Source: Promethearchaeota archaeon
GTDB lineage: Archaea > Asgardarchaeota > Lokiarchaeia > Sigyniarchaeales > SOKP01
Direction: 5' to 3'
DNA length: 64,000 bases
Assembly: GCA_048939015.1 (NCBI GenBank)
Contig: JBHLPW010000003.1
Coordinates: 32,001-96,000, forward strand
Shown here: in pieces, positions 50,252 to 59,720 of the stretch
How positions within the stretch are numbered: position 1 is the first letter of the stretch
Layout: every line of letters starts with the position of its first letter
Position numbers and translations under genes: made by a program
The notes under the pieces: model-generated
The model's database searches: none
Told to the model about the DNA's origin: nothing
What the model saw: only the letters and a program-made list of their open reading frames with translations

Positions 50252-52162
50252 TTAAGGAGATAATAGAATCTTTTGTTCCTCTATCTCAGCAAGAAAAAGG
50301 TCTACAATTGCTAACCACTTGTTTTTTGATTCAATATCGCTAGTAATTTTGTTTGTTAATTCTTTTCCTTTCCTGAGATTTTCAAGCGCTAAATCAATAT
50401 TATCAAGTGCAGAATAGCAAATTCCAATTTTGATATAGGTCTGGTAGATAAACCACTTATTTGGATCAATTTCTATGGTTTTTTTAAACTCTTTTATGGC
50501 TTTTTCATATTCTTTAAAGGTTATTAAGATTTCTCCATAGGTATCATGATAAATTCCTTTTTTTGGTTCGCTTTCGGTGAGGCTCCGAAGGATTTTCAAT
50601 GCTTCTTGTCTCTTACCTAAATATGATAACCAATAAGCTTTATAATTATAAAGAGAATTATCATCAGGAAATTTTTCGAGTAATTCTTCAATAATTTCTA
50701 ATCCCGCCTCCAAATTTTTATCTTTTTTAAGAGTATATGCCTTTTTTATCTTAATATCAATCTCCTTTTCTGGAAATAATGCTCTCATATTCTCTAACAC
50801 TGTTAGAACCTCGTTGTATTGATTAAAATAGATTAGAATTCTAATCTTTGAATTATATAATTCATAATTATTAGGGTTTCTACTGATTTCTTTATCAATT
50901 TCTTTAATTTTTTCTTCGTACTGAGATTTAAAATTTTCAATATTCTGCAATTCCAAAATGTCTGTCATGTTCTGCCAAATTATGCCTTCTAACTTATCAT
51001 AAGTATCTTTTAATTCTTTTTTTATCTCCATTTTATATGCTAAATATTTGATATATCTTGGTAAAAATTCACTCAATGATTCCTTGAAATGTTTATTGAA
51101 TAAGGTTTCACAAATTTCGTCAAGAATATTCTCTATAATAAAGTCAAAACTCCCAGATCTCCCAAATTTCTCTAAATATTTGTTTGTTGCAATATGTTCT
51201 TCAGTTATAGCTCGAAGGATCTTCTCTAATTTTTCATCCGAATGAAAATAGTAATGTTTATTTGGAGAAATATCTAATTTAAAAAACTTTAAGTCATATA
51301 AGTCGCTTTCTACGATCTCATTTACCCAAAAATCAAGGATTCTCTTTTTGATTTCATAAAATCTCGAAAATTCCTCAAAAGATAAATAGTCAGGATAAAA
51401 ATCGGGATGATTTATCGATAAAAAAAGTAAGATTTTATGAAAATCCTCTTCATTTTTTAAAATTGCTTTAACTTTTGAATAATCTAATTTTAACACATTA
51501 TTCAAAAATCTAAATTTGACCTGATCATCTGAAATACTATATTTATTAAAAAACAGTGAAGTCTTTGTAGTAATTTCATCAATCCTTTTCTTTTCTTCCT
51601 CCAATATTGTTTGTCTATCCAAATCATATTGCTGTAAAATTCTCGAATATTCAGATTTGCCCGATTGAGTAATTATATATCTTTTATTTTCTTTGATGAT
51701 AAAACCCTTTTGAGTCAATAAATCTAGACTTTTTGATAAAGAGGATTGATTTATAGATAGTGGTTCTTCAAGAAAGTCAGTTCTTTTGCAATAACCATTA
51801 TTATAAACCATCCATAGAATCCAATGAGGATAATTTCTACCTCTTTTTAAGATAATATTAGGTGGATAATTCAGTTTACGTTTTATTTTTCTTTCTTTTG
51901 ATAACTCATGAAATCTTCTTCTTCCTTCTGGAGTTATCCTGTATTTTCCTCTAGAAAACTTTTCTATAAATCCGTTGAGGATTAATTTTCCTAAATGACG
52001 TGATATTGTAGATATTGGGATTTCCACTGGCTTTTGCTCAAAATTAGACCATTCACAACTTTCATTATTAGCTAATATCCAAAGGATTATCTGTTCGTAA
52101 TTCCTTCTTTGCAGTTCTGAAGGGTTAAGAACCTCCTTAGATGGATAATTAAATTTTCCCAT
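50252..52162 (-). CDS. double winged-HTH + TPR putative transcriptional regulator, copy 2
   Basis: Paralog of 43228-45111 (PPNIILK.GRNY.HWILWM.YNN, DKLEGIIWQNM, DTYGEIL). Confidence 0.8.
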   Translation of the reverse strand: MGKFNYPSKEVLNPSELQRRNYEQIILWILANNESCEWSNFEQKPVEIPISTISRHLGKLILNGFIEKFSRGKYRITPEGRRRFHELSKERKIKRKLNYPPNIILKRGRNYPHWILWMVYNNGYCKRTDFLEEPLSINQSSLSKSLDLLTQKGFIIKENKRYIITQSGKSEYSRILQQYDLDRQTILEEEKKRIDEITTKTSLFFNKYSISDDQVKFRFLNNVLKLDYSKVKAILKNEEDFHKILLFLSINHPDFYPDYLSFEEFSRFYEIKKRILDFWVNEIVESDLYDLKFFKLDISPNKHYYFHSDEKLEKILRAITEEHIATNKYLEKFGRSGSFDFIIENILDEICETLFNKHFKESLSEFLPRYIKYLAYKMEIKKELKDTYDKLEGIIWQNMTDILELQNIENFKSQYEEKIKEIDKEISRNPNNYELYNSKIRILIYFNQYNEVLTVLENMRALFPEKEIDIKIKKAYTLKKDKNLEAGLEIIEELLEKFPDDNSLYNYKAYWLSYLGKRQEALKILRSLTESEPKKGIYHDTYGEILITFKEYEKAIKEFKKTIEIDPNKWFIYQTYIKIGICYSALDNIDLALENLRKGKELTNKITSDIESKNKWLAIVDLFLAEIEEQKILLSP

Positions 52163-52216
52163 TATCTATGAGAGTAAATCGATTTATTCAATAAGTATAA
52201 ATTGGGAACATTTCTA

Positions 52217-52289
52217 TTTATATCTTATTTTCAAAACTTCCACACTTTCTCGGAATTTTCAAGGAATTGTCGAAAGTGGGACTATATAT
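52217..52289 (+). promoter_or_regulatory. bidirectional promoter/operator block (B1)
   Basis: ~70 bp nearly duplicated at 54972-55044; contains CGGAATTTTCAAGGAATTGTCGAAAGT and ACTATATAT. Confidence 0.75.
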
Positions 52290-52377
52290 GGATGGATAGG
52301 TGTACAATTAATTGAACATCATTTTGATGATAAAATTTGAATTAAAACAAAAAAAAAAGAATAAAGTTGATAAAAAA

Positions 52378-52764
52378 ATGACTGAACTTAAAAAAATTAC
52401 AAAAATTGTGTTGATTTGGTATGTGATCTGCGGATCACTCTTTTCAATTATGTACTTGGTTTTGACTGAGATGCAGTTGTCAATGTGGATCTACAACGAC
52501 CCTGTTACTTTTTGGAGTATGGGAATCACTATGCTAGTACTTACTATAGCTACGGTTATAGCATTTTTCAGAGAATGGGAACAGATCGAATTGTATTGGA
52601 TTATTATGAACTTTTGGATGGTCGGATATATCATTATGAATATTTTAATCATTACAACTTTACCTTTAACTGCGATTGCACTAATGAATGAGGTTATGAA
52701 TCTCTTTTTTCTAAGTTTGAATGTAGCTTTAGGAATCATTTGCTATATAATCCAAAGGAGATAA
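52378..52764 (+). CDS. small 4-TM membrane protein
   Basis: Four hydrophobic helices; likely start ATG 52378 (track 52312). Confidence 0.75.
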   Translation: MTELKKITKIVLIWYVICGSLFSIMYLVLTEMQLSMWIYNDPVTFWSMGITMLVLTIATVIAFFREWEQIELYWIIMNFWMVGYIIMNILIITTLPLTAIALMNEVMNLFFLSLNVALGIICYIIQRR

Positions 52765-52970
52765 GTTAAATTGTATTAAACAAATGAAATTGTCGTGTTT
52801 ATGAAAAAAAGAGGCTAAACGACATAATTTAAAAAATTTTTAATTAATTTTTTTTTAAATCCTTATTTAGAGAAAAGGTTATATCTTTTTTCAATGGAAA
52901 TAAGCACTAGATTTAAAATGATGATTAGCTTATTATATTCATAGGTTTATAATCCAAATCAAGTAAATAA

Positions 52971-54920
52971 ATGTCCTATCTACAGTTAAATCAATTAACA
53001 AGGGCAGAAGAACTTTTTGATGCTTGTAAGATTGATGAAGCTCTTGAATTATTAAATGATCAAAGCTTATTTGAGGGGCTTGATCTTGAGCAGAAAAGTT
53101 ATTTTCAGTTTCTTAAGGGCTTGATTCTTTTATATCAACATAATATCGCAGAAACTATTAAGGTGGGTGAACAAATGCTAAAAAAAGGTCAAACATATAA
53201 TGATAATGTCTACTCATTTGATGGATTATTTTTTATTATTAATGGATTGATTCAGACTAATAAATTTGATGATGCACAAGAAAAAGTTGAAGAAGCTGAA
53301 GATTTCTTAAAACTTATTTCTACTAAGCCTAAGGATATTATAATTCTAAGAGAGGTTCGTTTAGGTTTATTAAAAGCATTGTTGAACTTTGAGTTGGGCA
53401 ATTCAGATATTGCAGAAAAGTACTTAAAAAAACCCTTAGAATCTCAAAAAGAACTTGGTAATACATTGGAACTTGTTTGGGCGAATGCAATAATGGCAGA
53501 AATTATGATGTGGGTAAAAAATAGAATAGATCCTGCTATGGAATACGCCAAGAGAGTACTATCAATCGCTAAGGAAATTAAATTTAACCATTTCTGGATT
53601 GTTATCGGTCATGCTTTTATGGGTATAATGTATCATTGGATTGGGGAATTAGAGACTAGTTTAAAACATTATATAAAAACGACAGAAATACTTAAAAAAT
53701 TTAAAAGCGATTTTTGGATGGCAAGGCAGCTAAATAATACAGGACTCTTGTATGCTGATCTTGGCGATTATGAAATGGCTTTAAAATGTCTGGAGGAAGC
53801 TTTAATATTATATGAGCGAGATCCCCTCCTAACTATAGAAAGTCCTATTTCTAGTATAATGACTGTAGCTTTTAAGAAGGGAGATACTGAACTTGCTCAA
53901 AAATATTTTCAACGCTTGGAAAATATGTATAAACAAGCACCAACTAGTCATATCGAATTTCTATATAAATATAATAAAGCTATAATGTTGAAGAGCAGTT
54001 CTCGAATACGAGATAAAGCAAAAGCTGAAAAATTATTTAAACAAGTCATTGGAACAAAAAAAGAAAGTATACATATTGACGTAATAATTATCTCATGTAT
54101 TCATCTTTGCGATTTACTTCTTAGCGAATATCGCATAAGTTATAATAGCGAAGTTCTTGATGAGATTAATCAAAATGTTACTCAAATAATAGCTTTTGCT
54201 GAAAAAGCACATGCCTATCCAACTTTCTGCGAAACTTTCATATTACAAGCTAAATTAGCTTTATTAAATTTTGATATAAAAGCTGCCCGACGATATTTAA
54301 CTCAAGCTCAGAAGATTGCAGAATCATATGAATTAAAAAAATTAGCAATGAAAATCTCAAATGAACATGATAACTTACTAAAAGAATTACGTAAATGGGA
54401 AATCCTGAGTGAATCAAATGCTAGTCTGGCGGAGCGTATTGAATTAGCCCGATTGGATGATCAGATGACTACGATGCTAAAAAAGCGATCAATAGAAGTA
54501 CCAAAGATATCAAAAGAAGACCCTGTTATGATATTAATCTTAACGGAGGGAGGTAATTTGTTATTCTCTAAGAAATTTATAGAGGATTTTTCATTTGAAG
54601 ATGATATCTTAGGAGGATTTCTAACTAGTGTAAATTACATAATTAGTGAGGTATTTTCTGAAGGTCTTGATAGGGCGGTTTTCGGTCAATACACACTGCT
54701 AATGATCCCACTTCAACCATTTTTGGTATGTTATATCTTTAAAGGGGCATCATATTTTGCTCAACATAAGATAAATACCTTTGTTACGTCATTAAAGAAT
54801 GATAATATCACTTGGCAATCTCTACAGAAATTTTTCCAAAAGAGTAAATCAGTTCAATTAAATGATATCCCCTCTCTTGAATCTAAGATAATGGAGATTT
54901 TTGTTGAGAAAAAAGATTAG
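52971..54920 (+). CDS. TPR-repeat protein with C-terminal longin-like domain
   Basis: TPR helices (LNNTGLLYADLGDYEMALKCLEEAL); C-terminus ILILTEGGNLLFSKKF...ILGGFLTSV resembles the N-termini of the 40-43 kb GTPases. Confidence 0.8.
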   Translation: MSYLQLNQLTRAEELFDACKIDEALELLNDQSLFEGLDLEQKSYFQFLKGLILLYQHNIAETIKVGEQMLKKGQTYNDNVYSFDGLFFIINGLIQTNKFDDAQEKVEEAEDFLKLISTKPKDIIILREVRLGLLKALLNFELGNSDIAEKYLKKPLESQKELGNTLELVWANAIMAEIMMWVKNRIDPAMEYAKRVLSIAKEIKFNHFWIVIGHAFMGIMYHWIGELETSLKHYIKTTEILKKFKSDFWMARQLNNTGLLYADLGDYEMALKCLEEALILYERDPLLTIESPISSIMTVAFKKGDTELAQKYFQRLENMYKQAPTSHIEFLYKYNKAIMLKSSSRIRDKAKAEKLFKQVIGTKKESIHIDVIIISCIHLCDLLLSEYRISYNSEVLDEINQNVTQIIAFAEKAHAYPTFCETFILQAKLALLNFDIKAARRYLTQAQKIAESYELKKLAMKISNEHDNLLKELRKWEILSESNASLAERIELARLDDQMTTMLKKRSIEVPKISKEDPVMILILTEGGNLLFSKKFIEDFSFEDDILGGFLTSVNYIISEVFSEGLDRAVFGQYTLLMIPLQPFLVCYIFKGASYFAQHKINTFVTSLKNDNITWQSLQKFFQKSKSVQLNDIPSLESKIMEIFVEKKD

Positions 54921-54971
54921 TGAAAGTTAGTAGGTTATTATCTTCTAAAATTGACATTTACGCTCAGATAG

Positions 54972-55044
54972 TTTATATCTATTTTTCACAACTTCCACTT
55001 ATTTTCGGAATTTTCAAAGAATTGTCGAAAGTAGAACTATAAAT
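54972..55044 (+). promoter_or_regulatory. promoter/operator block (B2)
   Basis: Near copy of 52217-52289: CGGAATTTTCAAAGAATTGTCGAAAGT...ACTATAAAT. Confidence 0.75.
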
Positions 55045-55111
55045 CATAGATATATATCCTTTTCAGTGAACATCATAAAGATGATAAAACAGAAATTTAA
55101 AAAAAAAAGAG

Positions 55112-55660
55112 TTGATCAAAATTAGTAGATCGAAATTAGTACCAAAAGTCTTAGTAGGTTTAACTGTTTTGTTAACAATCTTTGGTTTAATAACAACTGC
55201 TAATGCTGGTATCCCTCCATTTATTTGGGAATACTCCCAATACAATTATATCTGGGGTGTAGATCAAACGCTTCCGCAAGATGAACCATGTTTTTGGGCA
55301 ATTGGTATAGCATGTAGTGAAGAAGAAATTGAAACAGGATATTATCCTAAACCTCCATTTAAACATAAACTGTATATTGATGGAGAGGAAATAAATCTGC
55401 GTAGATTTATCTTTACGGACAAGGATGGGAGCATGTTTGGGATTCCAGGGCAAAAATGGTATTTTTTCTACCAAGTTTTTGAAGCAAGTTATTTTACTTT
55501 AGGCGAGTATGACGTGACAGAGGAATTTTGGGTTCATCACCCCTATACGGGTAGTGAAACTTATGGATGGAGAATCTTTGTAAATTATGAGGGGCCTGAA
55601 TATAAGTATGGCCCAGTAGGTCTACCACATACTTTAACGTATACTTTAACTTTTGTTTAA
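55112..55660 (+). CDS. secreted protein, unknown function
   Basis: Signal peptide ending ITTANA; aromatic-rich beta-type sequence. Confidence 0.78.
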   Translation: MIKISRSKLVPKVLVGLTVLLTIFGLITTANAGIPPFIWEYSQYNYIWGVDQTLPQDEPCFWAIGIACSEEEIETGYYPKPPFKHKLYIDGEEINLRRFIFTDKDGSMFGIPGQKWYFFYQVFEASYFTLGEYDVTEEFWVHHPYTGSETYGWRIFVNYEGPEYKYGPVGLPHTLTYTLTFV

Positions 55661-55718
55661 CACTAATAATTTATTATTTAGAGGGTGAATAAGGGAAATT
55701 TTAATTTTAAAACATGGA

Positions 55719-55810
55719 ATAGAAGTGGAGGAGTTGGGTTAGCTAAACTACTTCCTGACGAAGCTACTACTAAACCAATAATCCTCCATTCTATACTTCT
55801 TTTTTTTTCT
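55719..55810 (+). terminator. long stem-loop + T-tract (terminator or structured RNA)
   Basis: ATAGAAGTGGAGGA/TCCTCCATTCTAT outer stem, TTGGGTTAG/CTAAACCAA inner stem, CTTC/GAAG apical stem, T-run. Confidence 0.6.
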
Positions 55811-55904
55811 ATTTAAACCTTAATAATTCACCAAAATTTTATATTAAACTAAACCTAATTTTTCATTAAAAAAAATCATATTTTCATTAAGACTTAGAAA
55901 TCTA

Positions 55905-56447
55905 ATGAATAATTCTGAGGAATTTCGATTTAAAATAGTCGTAGTAGGAGATGGAGCAGTAGGTAAAACATCCTTAATTAAGAAATTCACGAAAGGGACG
56001 TTCGAAAAAGATTATGTAAAAACTATCGGTGCTCAGTTTTCCAAATATAACAAGAAATTTAATGGAGATGTGGTTAGATTATTATTCTGGGATATAGCAG
56101 GTCAAGATGATTTCAATTTTCTACATCATTTATTTTATAAAGAGGCTAAAGCAGCAATCATCGTATATAGTCTTGAAGAAAATGAACTTGGTCAAAATAG
56201 TTTTACACATATAAAGAACTGGAATGAAGTACTAGAAAAAAATTGTGGACCTATTCCTGTTGTTTTATTTGCTAATAAAGTTGATTTAGTAGATGAAAAT
56301 AGTTTAGATACAACAGAAATTCAACAATTTGTTAATGAACGTAATTTTTTAACTTACTTCTTCACTTCAGCAAAAACAGGACAAGGGGTTGTTGAAGCAT
56401 TTAACGCAATTATAGAGCGGTTATATTTTAAATTTAAAACCCTTTAA
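55905..56447 (+). CDS. Rab/Ras-like small GTPase (paralog of 48071-48619)
   Basis: GDGAVGKT, TIG, WDIAGQ, NKVD, TSAKTG. Confidence 0.93.
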   Translation: MNNSEEFRFKIVVVGDGAVGKTSLIKKFTKGTFEKDYVKTIGAQFSKYNKKFNGDVVRLLFWDIAGQDDFNFLHHLFYKEAKAAIIVYSLEENELGQNSFTHIKNWNEVLEKNCGPIPVVLFANKVDLVDENSLDTTEIQQFVNERNFLTYFFTSAKTGQGVVEAFNAIIERLYFKFKTL

Positions 56448-56550
56448 TTAAAATTATACTTTCATTTCTTTTTCCCTTAATTGATATAAAAATTATTGGC
56501 TTTTATAAGGCTATTTTAAAATTAACGGTTAAAAGGATGTTAAATTTAGA

Positions 56551-57144
56551 TTGATTATTGACCATTCTGCGAAGAGTATTAGTATTAAAATTGTCTATTT
56601 TGGTCCCGCTATGAGCGGTAAGACAACATCAATTAAAGCTTTATTTTCTGAATTTGGGAAAGAAGATGAAGTATGTAGTATTGAAAGTACTTTAGAAAGA
56701 ACTTTATTTTTTGATTACGGTACTGTTACGTTTCAAAATCAAGAATGGAAATTGAAAATTCATATTTATACTACTACTGGACAAGATTTCTATTTTATTA
56801 CTAGACCCGTCACTTTGCGAGCAGTAGATGGAGTTGTTTTTGTTATCGACTCTCAGGAAGATGTTTATGAAAGAAATCTGATCTCTTGGCAGGAATTAAT
56901 CGCCTATTTTAATGAATCCTTAAGTAAATTACCCATTATCATTGCATTCAATAAACAAGATTTAGAAGAAAAATTTAACTCCATAGATTTTTTGAAGGAA
57001 ATTATGTATCATAAATACAAGAATATAGATACCAGATACACAAGCGCATTAAATGGAGAAGGAATCTTAGATTGTTTCGAAGATATTCTTAGATTGATTT
57101 TAAGAAAATATTATAATCAAAAATTTGTTTCAGTAATTAATTGA
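56551..57144 (+). CDS. MglA-like small GTPase
   Basis: KIVYFGPAMSGKTT, RTLFFD, TTTGQ (MglA-type G3), NKQD, TSA. Confidence 0.88.
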   Translation: MIIDHSAKSISIKIVYFGPAMSGKTTSIKALFSEFGKEDEVCSIESTLERTLFFDYGTVTFQNQEWKLKIHIYTTTGQDFYFITRPVTLRAVDGVVFVIDSQEDVYERNLISWQELIAYFNESLSKLPIIIAFNKQDLEEKFNSIDFLKEIMYHKYKNIDTRYTSALNGEGILDCFEDILRLILRKYYNQKFVSVIN

Positions 57145-57191
57145 AATAAGTTTCCTGAATTAAACCGATAACAAAAGGATTTATTTTTATT

Positions 57192-58412
57192 TTAAAAAAA
57201 ACTAACTTCTGAGACAGGAGATTGAATTCGGATTCTTTGTTGACTATTATCTTCTAAGATTGAAATGAGTGCTGTAACATTTTGCTTTGTTTCATAAATG
57301 ATCTCTTTCTCTTCACCCTTTTTCCAGGTATTAAAGCCTGTCAAATGTGAAGCAGTTTCAAATAATCCTTCTTGCAATCCTGAAACTAGAACAGTTACTC
57401 CTTCTAAATCATTTTTAGATATATTTTTTATATGTAATCGATACATATCAATATCAGAATCAATCGCTTCTACTTTGTAAGTTTTCTGAAATTTTGATAT
57501 TCCGTCAAATAAGGACGATGCAGCAGTAGGAGTTTCTGAAAATAGATCTACACCAACCTTTTCCTCAGAAATAGGACCTGTAGAAATAGTTATTGGGATT
57601 TCAAGTTTAATAGGTTCCAAACCGTATTCAGGTTTTTTCTTTCCTATAATTAAAAGACTCCATTTTGTATAAGCTCCATACCTGAAGCCAAATTGCTCCT
57701 TTTCTGAAGGGGACCATAAATAATTATGACTGGGTTCAGCTACTTCTGGAACTTTTAGAAGCATAAAATCTTTTTCAAAGTTTTGTGTCCGAATATCACC
57801 TGCAATTGCAGGAGGTAATTCTTCAACTTTACGACAATTTTGGCCATATGCTTCGCAATAACAAACCAAATTAGAGTTTTGTAGCAACCTAATTTCCAAA
57901 CTTTTAAGCTCCTCCGAGGTGTAGCCAATCTTTATAGCTTCGCCTGGTTTAAAAATATCTTTTGTTAAGAGGATATTTAACCCTGAAATTGAAAATGAAA
58001 TTGGTTTTGGAGATTTCGCTTGAAGTCCAGAATTTCGTGCTTTAATTTCAATGTCATGTATTTTATTAATCATTAAATCATCTTCTGGATTAATCGGATT
58101 TGGTTGTCTTAGATTCAATTTTAGAATATAGTTTAAATTTCTGTTCTTTATGGTTGGTACAATATTACTTTTAATCAAAAGGGATTTTTCTCGTAGATAT
58201 TCACCTGCTTCAAAATTGCCCTTACTAAATATTTCTTCTTTTGATATTTGAAGTTCTTTAGCACAAGGGGGATTAGTAATCAATTGAATTCCACTCCAAT
58301 GAATTTCAGCATCTTCCTCAAATTTGAATTTAGATCGTGTGATTAATTTATCTCCTATATAAACTACTCCGTTATTTAAGTCGGTTAACTCTAATTTTAT
58401 CAAGCGAAACAT
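57192..58412 (-). CDS. arrestin/Vps26/SpoOM-fold-like protein
   Basis: GNFEAGEY...IVPT...YILK (N-domain) and KDIFKPGEAI...LKVP...PS...WSL...IKLEIPITI (C-domain) patterns. Confidence 0.6.
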   Translation of the reverse strand: MFRLIKLELTDLNNGVVYIGDKLITRSKFKFEEDAEIHWSGIQLITNPPCAKELQISKEEIFSKGNFEAGEYLREKSLLIKSNIVPTIKNRNLNYILKLNLRQPNPINPEDDLMINKIHDIEIKARNSGLQAKSPKPISFSISGLNILLTKDIFKPGEAIKIGYTSEELKSLEIRLLQNSNLVCYCEAYGQNCRKVEELPPAIAGDIRTQNFEKDFMLLKVPEVAEPSHNYLWSPSEKEQFGFRYGAYTKWSLLIIGKKKPEYGLEPIKLEIPITISTGPISEEKVGVDLFSETPTAASSLFDGISKFQKTYKVEAIDSDIDMYRLHIKNISKNDLEGVTVLVSGLQEGLFETASHLTGFNTWKKGEEKEIIYETKQNVTALISILEDNSQQRIRIQSPVSEVSFF

Positions 58413-58635
58413 GTATAATGATTATATTTCTACTATTTGTATAAAAAGATAGAATTTTATAAAAACTTTTTATTATTAGATAAGATATAAGGAGATAACC
58501 ATTCTCTCTTTTAAGCGATAATATCTTATTCAAGAATGTCAATTTTTTTATTTGAATTAGTAATTTAAATGATAAATAATTTGAATCACCTTTAATTATA
58601 CCATTTAAGACGTAATATCATAATAATTTGGAACT

Positions 58636-59352
58636 ATGAATAAAGGTCTAGATGAAAAAATTAAAGCTATTCTCTTTGATTTAGATAATACTTTAATAGA
58701 TGTTGATTTAGATAAATTTATACCCCAATATTTACAGCTATTAGCTCAAAGTGTTGCCCATATCATTACTCCTAAAAAGTTTATTTCAAAAATACTTGAG
58801 GCATCTAAAGCTGTAGAAGAAAATAATGGACGCAGCACTAACGAAGATGTATATGCTAATGCATTCTTTCCATTAGAAGGTCATATTCGTGAAGAAATCG
58901 AACCATTCTTTGACAATTTCTATAAAAAAGATTTCACCGAACTACGTCAGTACACTCGAAAGAAACCTGAAGCAAGATCTGTTGTTCAAACTGCTTTTGA
59001 TAGAGGTTATGATGTTGTTATTGCTACAACGCCCATGTTACCTGCTACTGCAATCGAGCAACGTTTAGAATGGGCTGATGTTGCTGACTTTCCTTACCGT
59101 TTAATAACGACTATAGAGAATAGTCATGCTACTAAATCTTTAACACATTTACTTTATTATGAACAAATTTTAGACAAGATTGGATACCCTGCTGACGCAT
59201 GTTTAATGGTTGGAGATGACGAAAAGGATATGATAGCAGCACGTCTTGGAATACTCACTTTTTTTATTGAAGATAAAGAAACAGATTTCTCTAATCATAT
59301 ACCAGAGCCCACATATAGAGGGGCTTTAGCGGACTTGAAAAATATCCTTTAG
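58636..59352 (+). CDS. HAD-superfamily hydrolase
   Basis: ILFDLDNTL, IATT, LMVGDD. Confidence 0.92.
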   Translation: MNKGLDEKIKAILFDLDNTLIDVDLDKFIPQYLQLLAQSVAHIITPKKFISKILEASKAVEENNGRSTNEDVYANAFFPLEGHIREEIEPFFDNFYKKDFTELRQYTRKKPEARSVVQTAFDRGYDVVIATTPMLPATAIEQRLEWADVADFPYRLITTIENSHATKSLTHLLYYEQILDKIGYPADACLMVGDDEKDMIAARLGILTFFIEDKETDFSNHIPEPTYRGALADLKNIL

Positions 59353-59362
59353 GTATATTATT

Positions 59363-59536
59363 TTATATTTTTTTTTTCCAAGTATGACCTAATTTACTCA
59401 TATTATAGATTTGAGGAGGAGGATCTTCTAATAATAATTTTCCAAGGCATTTAGCACATAAATAGACTTCTTTATTTTTATCCGTAAAAAAACACATATA
59501 TAAATTCTCTCGCTTTAAACAAGATTGGCATCTCAC
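59363..59536 (-). CDS. small zinc-finger protein (57 aa), not in ORF track
   Basis: GTG start: MRCQSCLKRENLYMCFFTDKNKEVYLCAKCLGKLLLEDPPPQIYNMSKLGHTWKKKI*; two CxxC pairs. Confidence 0.65.
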   Translation of the reverse strand: MRCQSCLKRENLYMCFFTDKNKEVYLCAKCLGKLLLEDPPPQIYNMSKLGHTWKKKI

Positions 59537-59720
59537 ACATTAAATTCTTTTATAAAAATATAAAAATTTTGTTATCAAATTCTCAATAATCTTCTGAAAA
59601 TAGACTCTCAAATTTATCCCTTTTTCCATGAAATGTTGGTTTTATAATTATAACATAAGTTTTTTTAAACCTTAAAGTTAAATCTTAATTAAATGTTAAA
59701 ATTTAAGATTTAGATACCTT

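Noticed and set aside
47869-55810. 3' hairpins as SECIS elements
   Set aside because: Upstream genes end in TAA with no in-frame TGA, and no AUGA/GA core was seen in the stems
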